Shown: positions 16,901 through 22,130, numbered from the stretch's first letter. The stretch: 54,761 nucleotides of DNA from an uncultured Candidatus Saccharibacteria bacterium (GCA_964471165.1 CAYYEX010000003.1:1-54761), one strand, 5' to 3'. Notes: generated from the letters alone by a model not told the origin. Made by a program: numbers and translations.

Positions 16901-18500
16901 TTGGATCCCCTGCGTATTGAGTTTTGTACCAGTCGCCCGCTAGACCGGCAGCTTTGTTTTCGAGAATACTCGCAACGGCATTGTTTTCGATGTAGGTCTT
17001 CATCGAATCGCCCAAATCTTCTCTCATCTCCTTGGCGTCGCCCGGGTCAGCAAGCACGAGTCGGTTACCAATTCGCTCAACGCCGTAGTCATTCAAGACC
17101 TCCTGTATTTCTTTGAGGGCTTTGTCTGATTCGGAGCGTGGAACTACGGAGTCACCAAGACATCCTATGTATCCACACGTACTTTTTTGAACTGCATCGA
17201 TTTTGTCTTGAAGTGCTTTCTGTTCTGCTTGCTGCTCCGGCGTGAGTTTTGAATCACCGCCTTCTGGTGTGCCACAACTGCCCAACGTGCACACCCCCTT
17301 GTTGAGGGCGGCCAGGTCTTGCGGATTGTTTTTAAAATCAAGATTGCCCCTGTCGAGCGGATCATCAGCAACCTCGTCGCCGGCTTTGGGATTTCTAATC
17401 GCCTCGTTGTCGAGCGGACCCCCAGTGAATTGGTCCCACGCGCGCCGAGCTTCTGCGATCGCTTCCTTGTCGCCGCTTTTTACTGCAGCAGTGTAGTCGT
17501 CGCTGAGTTCTCTGAGTCGTGCGGAATCCAACTCCTCACGTTGTTTTATTGGGTCAATTTCAGGTTCACCGCCAAACGGATCTCGCCTCCATTCGTTCAA
17601 CGTATCTTGCGCATAATCTTGAACACGTTTCGAAAGGTCCGACACTTCATCGCCAATCTTTTTCCAAGTATCTGCTACAGGGTTCGTTTTGTCTGCGTCG
17701 GTACCATCTCGAGCGCCATCAGTTCCATCCGGATTTACATCAAAACCAGTTATTGGATCGGATTTGCGAGCAGCGTCGAACAGACTTCCCCCCGCAGTCT
17801 CAGTGGGAGTATCAGGCGACTCAACTTTTGGCTGTAGTGTTGCTTCTTCGCCCTTGAGCCAATTCCACAATCCGCCCTTTGCCTCGGCCTCTTTGAGTTG
17901 CTCAGCGAAACTGTTTACTTCTGGTACGGGTGTTTTTACATCGGGAACATCCTCGCATCGCCCGACGATACAGTTGCCCCAGGTATCGTATTTCGGTGAG
18001 TCATCTTGTTTCGGCTCTGTTTTTGGCTGCTCATCGGGAGTAGGACCCGGCGGTGTCGGCATGCTTGGTGGCGAACCACCTTCACCCGGCTTTGGCTCCT
18101 CTGGCGGTGGGACTGTGCCCGAAGGCGGTTCCGTTGCCGGTGCGCCGCCGGAACCCTCTGTTGGTTGGCCAGGGCATGCTTTGCCGTCACATAATCTCGC
18201 TTCACATCTTTTCTCCGCGACGCAAATACCTTTTACTTCTCCAACCCCAGCTGGATCCTCCCAACATATGCCCACTTTGCAGCCCTTTGTATTTTTTCCC
18301 TTTATGCATTTGGGTGCCTTGGAATCAGTTTCAGCAGCCTTGTTTGGCTCCATGCCGCACTCACAGTCTTTGTGGAACGGCTGACACATGTTGTTCGCAA
18401 ATCCACCCATTGCGCGAGCTACATGTGGTTGTAAAAAAAGAGTCGCAGAAAATGCAAAAAGTAGAACAAGAAAAGCGGCCGCAAAGCGACGCGTTAGCAT
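4929..18500 (-). CDS. Giant (4,523 aa) exported multidomain protein: signal peptide, Cys/Pro-rich stalk, coiled coil, SF2/SecA-like ATPase, zincin peptidase, zeta-toxin-like kinase, ART-like module, C-terminal hydrophobic anchors and Ig-like domain
   Basis: One uninterrupted ORF. N-terminus is MLTRRFAAAFLVLLFAFSATLFLQPHVARA. Motifs located by codon position are:
- ATSFGKS (K1175), DEVH (1287-1290), GMTGTA (1505), QALGRVGR (1687);
- NNPGN (~2113);
- VAHELGHYV (H3000) plus ELQADALAG;
- GGPGAGKS (K3547);
- LYRG (R3797) / SNS (3813-3815) / EQE (3871-3873);
- hydrophobic stretches encoded near nt 6060-6240 and 5620-5700. Confidence 0.9.
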   Translation of the reverse strand: MLTRRFAAAFLVLLFAFSATLFLQPHVARAMGGFANNMCQPFHKDCECGMEPNKAAETDSKAPKCIKGKNTKGCKVGICWEDPAGVGEVKGICVAEKRCEARLCDGKACPGQPTEGSGGAPATEPPSGTVPPPEEPKPGEGGSPPSMPTPPGPTPDEQPKTEPKQDDSPKYDTWGNCIVGRCEDVPDVKTPVPEVNSFAEQLKEAEAKGGLWNWLKGEEATLQPKVESPDTPTETAGGSLFDAARKSDPITGFDVNPDGTDGARDGTDADKTNPVADTWKKIGDEVSDLSKRVQDYAQDTLNEWRRDPFGGEPEIDPIKQREELDSARLRELSDDYTAAVKSGDKEAIAEARRAWDQFTGGPLDNEAIRNPKAGDEVADDPLDRGNLDFKNNPQDLAALNKGVCTLGSCGTPEGGDSKLTPEQQAEQKALQDKIDAVQKSTCGYIGCLGDSVVPRSESDKALKEIQEVLNDYGVERIGNRLVLADPGDAKEMREDLGDSMKTYIENNAVASILENKAAGLAGDWYKTQYAGDPILQLAKPEGNNAKEMLNNFSETTQKFNDEVSEIKPLGYDSNGRPIYSSQDQLKVASLTAEYNAYAANARDSIIAQQKFDAGLTPESHVYQAIKKEEQAKDNAITMAERQLEKVRASNPATFRGNGEIPRGEAAWNAEVGRLERVIERLRAERADIAENAEIARTGNLDDLDSRYDKIVDRAYDTEGAAAKKLHEWTDSLKKGSELVGTYGEIFKAGFDGMIPLAAKLTLDVSAAATHGLQTLGAWGNELTDGGMPAFAADGKEAATCALNGCAVERAIAVADVAIVGQLVYGPIKAGGRAAFESFGFNAERAALSTSEARLVENFVSESSAVSVAKMDATAAAERVTASESTTGLLGGSSAPEELRIAAAEAQARVAAAEVNLERATAELNKSGIVVDTRAVAGREYEVLARATNNEAMLVRASENSSWQPASREVSESLFARVTPETINADRAALREIERADAPAMQELTKNVVPQMERELTALGGDSRTIFAEAQAGKLTEANAKLLKEVEDRIGFTYTDVAAVQKDLAAAGRATAREIEVADAASAQAKANLEAQLASTLPKGLNSTKPEIGQAFLKAEEAYNAAKYASVAERAAARRAIQEKFTALAEGVETLSEGQRLALYAVGNGKSINAATSFGKSAVSIGDYIGTRLTLGKGAQWEYLAPTQDLVTKFGEKYGQFLNEVGAPVKTIKGANPSEFIAAAKMSENGTASVIAMAPETRGHLVGLSLGTGAEQTALRQALGQTRKAVVDEVHNLAGSRTSSVISDSRRAVTAAEEAAVDNVMTKLGMRKTENGFEGVPSTVEKYSGTGAGNRVQMSEMLDANASKFEREFTKSNKPMYLVEQNLNGEVGAVRFNAAAQKELERVGLSSSDRTTQQVLRTLELKDGGVNGYKLVRDASGAEKYVPTDKLGKPQLEMQFSDPTLPLTAAKMNGRGAGANKVDTFVSTTKAETPLTHIYATNQGVLVGGMTGTAEGLQNLIRSGIGSEGVLAIKPSRVDLNGFRTEVETIAADGTRTKTAWTSETANARAQAAIGEGKNTLTVALTPAAFEEAQLAMRAVAGEGKAARLVEYGADGKVYVNGKETRQSFNSLAEEASTRQTAFIVDKKGIEGFNYKGDYVQTILTKSDKLTKDTAGNIVKEVAQLEREELVQALGRVGRTKEGGGTYAAERNVVVDSAALDSQLQGALAKGYKDEVAKALAANSSTEGLGARLFNTAQANSSKPGYGMSLNERLALSSDISTASTLSEARDFALRRGLNEASTNAPLKELLNTSGLSNAERTAVQAKYGERINVQTSNLDATIKPTTALNAVDAHIENVFKSTVADARSVYNELRSSLPSNLSPEMKSALAKWDSKLTAAENAKYADIGAQAKGTFAGAESPVEALAIAKGSLREGLIPPALVPEAASGLAARTAETSVVARVENAVASEIKSAVGGIRAATAGLRSGISGVVSGIGERLGFSTAQTTADDAIATANDNADAATRVVNDNGQLSASETNDNPTASDSRTSDLGDEAPVSAAPTRPYISPNIPKVVTQAFARSAIAASLLFAQPFTGDIIPDFNPFSTSVEAKGKGISNNNPGNMMLGKQPRRFSSLEVGTQADFNNVQKWIKRGDDTISKLMHRLSPAYENDTAGMIARISKAVGIGPNTKLDYTNQDQIIKLVNEKTFLEHSVRLTDKFSAEKIASIYQSTLPQGSTQYAKKETPAEETITSTATASKPPAPVEQFIAPDFAETLALNQIFKRLDTATWPQAPMIIPEGSQFPAADAMEGYERPQTTEGPIAKGEVTRGADLPQADTSIPSPNRSIEIPAAPTKTETTSPEKPAEPITKTTPDNSSSNSTLQKKLDDTRTSLKSAQARVQDLKKQIDAIVQKTAGVKKQELLIEQSERNLTTMGSARALLDRLTTTPNPAEHATLRNAANGASRLSNNIRALGDAALAAELRGYVNLLTAMQQPKNQTEQNLNTARSQGKALFSRSQKVIAQATSKADSVEDSDELEKIRKGLASELSAANANILTLQKVEQSTAAELKQAPAPESLQAPPVPEVQPVPTTPAETTPTPQETVVPELPNPIEVAPEAEKVPEFKQVPGGDDKLALPPDFSPDLRMYPNDLVGTSPSYTYASPISLKLALYAALGVRTYLPQSMIDKLDDVATMETETISFTKEELDSIRWKDMDKNAYQFALGHLNPDWSLKTGYVPPVANSGQEAGSQLMKDMADNAKVPSAETPEKVDAPESGTLTSAKPETLTPPLDVTTGGVPKGEVTRGPDLPAPQTPFPAADPMEGYDRPETWTGSIPRGEVTRGLNLEAPGTASKVQPTVQPTQPAPVRTQKEFEDLKLNYRLGRQTDQTAKEIIPAPVNTPAGLPNTTPLPRLASMSSAAVRAEISTSFERMQDYLETQARRNGGQYRRAELVIVDTTTALPKFTDIGSHFDIGSGKIVMDIAQLRKMEGYYSNTPGELVRYVVAHELGHYVAYMTGTVQASRVKLADYKVMPPLSEAIFTTPGAIEELQADALAGNMLVGSGLVGKDVFQTLRYAIGSLGDDLLRAQYSSNAPNPVFDGHSSGAQRANAFYDGIVNSTFDESMLMLGVRPDWNRVADSKDYKGEINWGNIVHSAVNPGQYAEFEGPLVEETVSESLTSFKPMIQPPSPEFAPLPTPVNPAPANPAPTSPAPANPVPANPTPANPAPTPGDRTPQPQPTNNTRTREEGQGEQAIARVDSPPSAPPAPTPFAPQAAQPLPTIQGQGSGKLDTRNTGNITVNAPAPTPAPTSMQGRGSALLDTRTGGTVTVNAPAPETISNKGNIDLLKADAAIANAIAKAFNDVITGVGSLLGRTQSKSAPNTAQSAQAEEIETESIAGQMLDHGVISLDDYREIIASQAREEAATPETEPVTPKNIEDVRNGYLNDPIAQTDAFKNFPRAKLTGDDAILQEASIAKYLAEKDALISQYQSLFGNKTANPDLARLLFKDIGYVGTNSGAVQKVSGELADEVWKRALQNEGKYAMLFVGGPGAGKSSTVSKFEGLLDGTVAAAMDGSVANVDAARARIAEIEAAGKIPVVEYVYRDPLDAWENGVISRMNGNSIDAGRVVPIQVFIATYKRSLEIAKTLSAEGTVRIDAIDNSRGVENISQMPPEDLQKLKYSSSVESKIRARTKELLAEGVITEEQYRAITGSEAPAKIAIAEAEPVVPVEVDTPAAAKAAEPIVETTSGQARSTPDVPYMQHSVPSGSPLKSIETIPIRELTPQMITGLQSEQAPDGYRYLYRGISRAYQSPYRDQFFSNSPDIAISYGKNVPESVLVRVMAPSEEIFKHVNVSGSMTANNGIGDVYQFPATWFTSEQEVVANQTAMNELIDTVITTDSLPDRVTKQQLELLSNRVLTDADIARKGYVLNPSGTYYERAKSAAVNLTDAAQSLAKAAVEAGQKGTFIPREAYVAPSGQNSPSVRQDAVRADGSGSVTKNINELNAFWAGLDAAQNGGAKTFSLQEVANINAKAYQDWRAEQSVWTRFRSAVPEPVTGVEPYVAPEEVVVPAQNAPSTPAPVTPEAAPEAAQPTTPQGWSAGGMVWSVVRSAFLPTNGFFSNLHALAWTGGISGVMWAVDGSNPYVTMPLLNLGVKAAITFPKALFNYAFDSEYRNDANATVKRVTGTANAAPDTTQPVQPTNTSPVTTTENLAPATSAVTPTPIPTTPPAAAEQVEPGNVPPPTLGTTPTIGGVGSNGMGGVTGGGGSGSGGGGLGSWFSKAKWWAGGLLGGGGLYAVLPSNPNTDTPAKTPAGEEKIGSTITTNKPDVTPGPAVPDVKKYPTETKPDVFPPPPTPKTPPKTDTPKTEAPKPQPQTRTDTPKPNPNPSPSPSPSPQPNTPGTSPSGGGGAGAFNGIMSALSGFLKGISGMLNPQPAQPTQTQPLVRGPISVQVSAQPNPILTGESSTITWTSVNATACRAFKTQTEQVAIGAPDTSFTVGPLTAKATYTIYCTNGTGAYATGSVQVLVK
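8845..8934 (-). repeat. Six tandem 15-nt units inside the giant ORF, encoding (P-A-N-P-x) repeats
   Basis: Plus-strand units are GGATTCGCAGGAGTT / GGATTCGCTGGTACT / GGATTTGCGGGGGCC / GGGCTGGTTGGTGCG / GGATTGGCAGGAGCT / GGGTTTACCGGAGTA. They translate on the minus strand to NPAPANPAPTSPAPANPVPANPTPANPAP. Confidence 0.8.
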
Positions 18501-18566
18501 TCATTAATTGTAGCAGTAGAGCCACGCAATTCGTCTCATTGTGTGGCTCTACCTGTGCATATTTCT
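18501..18566 (-). promoter_or_regulatory. Conserved upstream element, copy 1: 10-bp inverted repeat (18543-18552 / 18516-18525, 17-nt spacer) followed by extended -10 TGcTACAAT, then 6 nt, then the ATG of the giant gene
   Basis: Minus strand reads agaaatatgcacagGTAGAGCCACacaatgagacgaattgcGTGGCTCTACTGcTACAATtaatgaATG. It can be aligned base for base with 20297-20362. Confidence 0.55.
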
Positions 18567-18592
18567 AGTAACCGTTCGGGAGAAAACAGTTG

Positions 18593-20296
18593 CTACTGCT
18601 TGACCTGATTTTTCTTCGTGCGCTGTGCTGCTTTTCCTATTTCCACATTACTGGTGGTACTGGGTAAAAATTCCAGTGATATCCCCATGGTCTCCCGAGC
18701 GCCCTTGATGAAGTTTTCCAAAGCGCGCTCTCGCCGCGCGCTATCTCCCGACTGTGTGGCCAAATAGAGTTCCTTACGCAGCAGTTGGAAATCCAGTTCC
18801 TTCGGGGCTGTCGGGCGCACGTCGTACGAACCGACCCAGAGGCCGCCCGGCTCCACAAGGAGCGTTGTTATCTCGTAGCGGGGGTCAGTACTCAAATACC
18901 GCACATCGTCGGGAAACACGGTCTTTGTGTCAGCATAGCCGGATGGCCCCGTAAGGAGCTGCTCAGGGAACGGCGTCGACACGTCCATATCGGGAAATCG
19001 GGCTTTGAATCCAGCCTTGCTCGAATCGACAGGGTGGTCATGTGTCATGATCAAATATTTGAAATCAGGAAACTTTGCGGCCTCTTCGAGCGCCCGTTTC
19101 TCAAGCAGTCTGCCGAGTGCAGGTGGAATTATTTTCACGTCCCCGTTGCCGAGTAATGTGAGGCAGCTTTCAAATTCCGCGTCACAGATCGTGGCGGCTG
19201 CTGTTTCAACTGGTTTTCCGCTCGGACCAATTTCTGATTGCAAAAGCCGCACCAGACTAGTCGGCGGAAAGTTTTCCAACCGTTTAATTTCACTTGGCGG
19301 GAGCGTGCTCACGCGACCCCACGGCATCTGTGGCGTCTCCGGCACTTTTGGATTCTCCAATTTTTTCTGATTGATCTCAAAAAGTCTTTGTAGCAGGTCC
19401 CTCAGCTTCAGCATGAGCTGCGGCAAAATGCCTTGTGGTTGTACCGCCTTCTCCTCAGCGCGAAATCCTGATTCCGGATTTGAAACATTCTGACGCCCAG
19501 GTTCATTGAGTGCCAGCACCTTCATTGGTTCTGGTGGAGCAAAGCCCGTTGCATCTTTTCGCGGCGGTATCTCGTAGCGCTCCTCTCTCAAGTTTGTGAC
19601 CTCGGGTTCCCTTCGCTGTTCCACGATTGGTTCTATTTTCTTTTGCTCAGAAAAATCGACCGTCTTTGTTTCTTCGATCTTTTCCTGTTTTTTTGTCAAT
19701 GTGTCGAGCCCGTTGGTAAACACAGATTTTTCAGCACTCTTCGTAAATGGTTCCCATGCTGCAAGTGCTTTTTCCACATCCGACTTTGTTCCTTGACCGT
19801 TCTCGAGTGTGCCACGCATCAACTCAAGTCCTGTCGAAGTTCCTGTTTGGTTGGGTTTCGGTGTCTCTGGCGGCTTATCATCTTTCGGTGGTGGTATTTG
19901 CGGCATCTGTGGTGGCTGACCGCCTTTTTCATCTTCTTTTCCCTTACCACCGGAGCATCCCGGTGAACCTTTGTTTGCGCCCTCACAATCTGCCTGTTGT
20001 GGCTTTTCTCCTTCGGCAGTGGCTGTGGCTTCACATTTTTGAGGCGCCACACATTTCCCGGTAACCGGCCCTTTCACGGTTTGGACCTTGCACGGGCAAT
20101 CTTTACCGCCGATCTTAATTCCCGCTTCTGTTTTTATTTCTTTGTTGCATGGCTCGCTGTACACCTTGTTGATCACGCATTCAGGATTGATACCTTCCGC
20201 TGCTTTTGCCGAGGGAATATTCAAAATCACTATCGACGCTCCAATAACGACCGCGACATACACGATAAGAGCGGCCGCATAGCGACGCAGTTGCAT
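18593..20296 (-). CDS. Secreted or membrane-anchored Cys-rich/Pro-rich protein (567 aa), paralogous at its N-terminus to the giant protein; C-terminal globular domain of unknown function
   Basis: N-terminal hydrophobic segment is AALIVYVAVVIGASIVILNIPSAKA. GKCVAPQKCEA matches GICVAEKRCEA in the giant protein. A Pro-rich tract follows in both, and AAWEPFT here matches RAWDQFT there. Confidence 0.7.
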   Translation of the reverse strand: MQLRRYAAALIVYVAVVIGASIVILNIPSAKAAEGINPECVINKVYSEPCNKEIKTEAGIKIGGKDCPCKVQTVKGPVTGKCVAPQKCEATATAEGEKPQQADCEGANKGSPGCSGGKGKEDEKGGQPPQMPQIPPPKDDKPPETPKPNQTGTSTGLELMRGTLENGQGTKSDVEKALAAWEPFTKSAEKSVFTNGLDTLTKKQEKIEETKTVDFSEQKKIEPIVEQRREPEVTNLREERYEIPPRKDATGFAPPEPMKVLALNEPGRQNVSNPESGFRAEEKAVQPQGILPQLMLKLRDLLQRLFEINQKKLENPKVPETPQMPWGRVSTLPPSEIKRLENFPPTSLVRLLQSEIGPSGKPVETAAATICDAEFESCLTLLGNGDVKIIPPALGRLLEKRALEEAAKFPDFKYLIMTHDHPVDSSKAGFKARFPDMDVSTPFPEQLLTGPSGYADTKTVFPDDVRYLSTDPRYEITTLLVEPGGLWVGSYDVRPTAPKELDFQLLRKELYLATQSGDSARRERALENFIKGARETMGISLEFLPSTTSNVEIGKAAQRTKKNQVKQ

Positions 20297-20362
20297 CTGT
20301 TCATACTAACAGTAGAGCCCCGCAATTAGTTCAATTGAGGGGCTCTACCTGTGAATACTTCT
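20297..20362 (-). promoter_or_regulatory. Conserved upstream element, copy 2: inverted repeat (20339-20348 / 20312-20321, 17-nt spacer), extended -10 TGtTAGTAT, 6 nt, then the ATG of the 567-aa gene
   Basis: Minus strand reads agaagtattcacagGTAGAGCCCCtcaattgaactaattgcGGGGCTCTACTGtTAGTATgaacagATG. The geometry is the same as copy 1. The A-to-C change in one arm is matched by a T-to-G change in the other. Confidence 0.55.
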
Positions 20363-20380
20363 CCCCGCCCACCCCGTTAG

Positions 20381-20490
20381 CTTAGCGAGAAGCTTCCTTT
20401 ATGGAACCCTCGGGAGGAGCGGCGGCGACGGACGGAAGAAAATCTCACCAGAGATTTTCTGTGGTTCCAGAAAGGAAGCTTCTCGCGAAG
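20381..20490 (-). repeat. Long imperfect inverted repeat (about 27 bp of pairing) enclosing a second 10-bp hairpin, immediately after the groEL stop codon
   Basis: Arm 20385-20408 (gcgagaagcttcctttatggaacc) pairs with 20463-20486 (ggttccagaaaggaagcttctcgc) at 23 of 24 positions, and 20381-20383 pairs with 20488-20490. The inner hairpin is 20437-20446 / 20451-20460 with loop ACCA. No U-run follows on the minus strand. Confidence 0.6.
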
Positions 20491-20492
20491 CG

Positions 20493-22130
20493 CTAATCCA
20501 TTCCCATCCCACCCATCCCCGGGTCTCCTGCCTTCTTTTCTTCCGGAATATCCGCAATAGCAGCTTCGGTTGTGAGCAATACAGCTGCAGCAGACGCTGC
20601 ATTCTCCACACCGAGTCGCGTTACTTTCACCGGGTCAATGATGCCGGCTTCAATCATGTCGACAATCGTTTCGGTTGCTGCATCGAATCCCTTGTTGTCT
20701 GCACCTGAAATCTGCTCCACGAGCACCATTTCGTCTTCGCGTCCGGTGTTGCGCACAATCTGCTTGAACGGCATCGAGAGTGCACCCACGAGAATGCCGT
20801 AGCCTGCACTCATTTCGGATGTTCCGCTCTTGGTCATTTTTTCCATGTTTTTCACAAGACGCGCTGCCACCTTTACGAGCGATGCACCGCCACCAGGAAT
20901 GATTCCTTCGGCAATTGCTGCTTTCGTTGCATTCACCGCGTCTTCGATTTTGTCTTTGAGATACTTTGCCTCTGTTTCGGTTGCTGCACCCACACGAATA
21001 ACCGCAACTCCGCCGGTAAGCTTCGCAACGCGCTCAGCAAGCTTTTCCTTATCGAACTTCGAAGTTGTCGCGTCGAGCTGTTTCTTGAGTTGTGCCGCGC
21101 GCTTCGTTATTTCCTTACTGTCTCCCTTGCCACCCACAATCACGGTCGAATCTTTTGTTGAAACAACGCGGTTTGCGCGACCGAGCATGGTGAGCTCCGC
21201 CTTCTCAAGCGTAAGACCGAGATCGTCGGAGATCATCTGTGCTCCAACAGTAATTGCGATGTCGGAGAGCATTTCCTTTTTGCGGTCGCCATATCCTGGT
21301 GCCTTGACCGCGAGTACGTTGAAGTTCCCGCGCAAGCGATTGAGCACGAGTGTCGTGAGTGCTTCGCCATCAACATCGTCGGCAATAATCACGAGGTCCT
21401 TCTTGCCGGATTGCGCCACCTTTTCAAGCAGCGGCAGAATGTCTTTGATACTCGAAATCTTTTTGTCTGTAATGAGAATTGGCGCATCCTTCACTTCGGC
21501 CTCCATGCGCTCGGCATTCGTAATCATGTAGGCTGAAACGTAGCCTTTGTCGAACTCCATACCCTCTACGTAATCCGTTTCAATACCGATAGACTGCGAT
21601 TCTTCCACAGTAACCACGCCGTCCTTGCCCACTTTTTCAACAATGTCGGCAATTGCTTCACCGAGTTCGCGGCTTTCTGCCGAGATGGTAGCTACCTGAC
21701 GAACGTCTTCACGACCCTTCACAGGCTTTGCCATTTTCTTAAGCTCTTCCACCGCATCCTTTGCAGCGAGCTCGATGCCACGGCGAACCATCATCGCGTT
21801 TGCACCCATCGCGGTCTTTTTGAGCCCGTCAGTGATGATGGCCTGTGTGAGGACAACCGCGGTCGTGGTGCCGTCGCCTGCTTTGTCGTTTGTCTTGTTG
21901 GCCACTTCTTTCACAATTGATGCACCCATGTTCTCGAACTTGTCTGCAAGCACGATTTCTTTCGCAATTGAGACACCGTCGTTGGTGATGGTTGGACCGC
22001 CCCATGATTTGTCGATTGCGACGTTTCGTCCTTTTGGCCCGAGCGTCACTTTCACTGCGCCCGCTACGATGTCTACGCCGCGTTTGAGCGCTGCGCGAAC
22101 TTCTGTGTCAAAGATTACCTGTTTTGCCAT
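20493..22130 (-). CDS. groL: Chaperonin GroEL (Cpn60)
   Basis: MAKQVIFDTEVRAALKRGVD, VTLGPKGRNV, AGDGTTTA and a C-terminal GMGGMGMD tail. Full length, 545 aa. Confidence 0.97.
   Translation of the reverse strand: MAKQVIFDTEVRAALKRGVDIVAGAVKVTLGPKGRNVAIDKSWGGPTITNDGVSIAKEIVLADKFENMGASIVKEVANKTNDKAGDGTTTAVVLTQAIITDGLKKTAMGANAMMVRRGIELAAKDAVEELKKMAKPVKGREDVRQVATISAESRELGEAIADIVEKVGKDGVVTVEESQSIGIETDYVEGMEFDKGYVSAYMITNAERMEAEVKDAPILITDKKISSIKDILPLLEKVAQSGKKDLVIIADDVDGEALTTLVLNRLRGNFNVLAVKAPGYGDRKKEMLSDIAITVGAQMISDDLGLTLEKAELTMLGRANRVVSTKDSTVIVGGKGDSKEITKRAAQLKKQLDATTSKFDKEKLAERVAKLTGGVAVIRVGAATETEAKYLKDKIEDAVNATKAAIAEGIIPGGGASLVKVAARLVKNMEKMTKSGTSEMSAGYGILVGALSMPFKQIVRNTGREDEMVLVEQISGADNKGFDAATETIVDMIEAGIIDPVKVTRLGVENAASAAAVLLTTEAAIADIPEEKKAGDPGMGGMGMD

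Noticed and set aside
4944-18568. Dozens of 60-250-aa ORFs on both strands inside the span of the giant gene (for example 14239-14955 +, 15340-16032 +, 17689-18384 +, 6116-6430 -).
   Set aside because: All lie within one continuous 13.6-kb frame with protein-like motifs throughout. Their translations are Ser/Arg/Ala/Cys-rich low-complexity strings, typical of alternative frames of GC-rich coding DNA.
18553-18592. I considered whether the 92-nt gap between the 567-aa gene and the giant gene holds a canonical -35 box or a Shine-Dalgarno sequence.
   Set aside because: The hexamer at the 17-nt position is GACGAA, a poor match, and no GGAGG-like string precedes the ATG. I therefore favour an extended -10 / leaderless reading, at low confidence.
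4929-20296. I considered whether the secreted proteins are targets of a diversity-generating retroelement, since DGRs are common in CPR-type genomes.
   Set aside because: The window has no reverse transcriptase. I also found no template/variable repeat pair with A-specific mismatches, and the internal repeats I found are short in-frame duplications.
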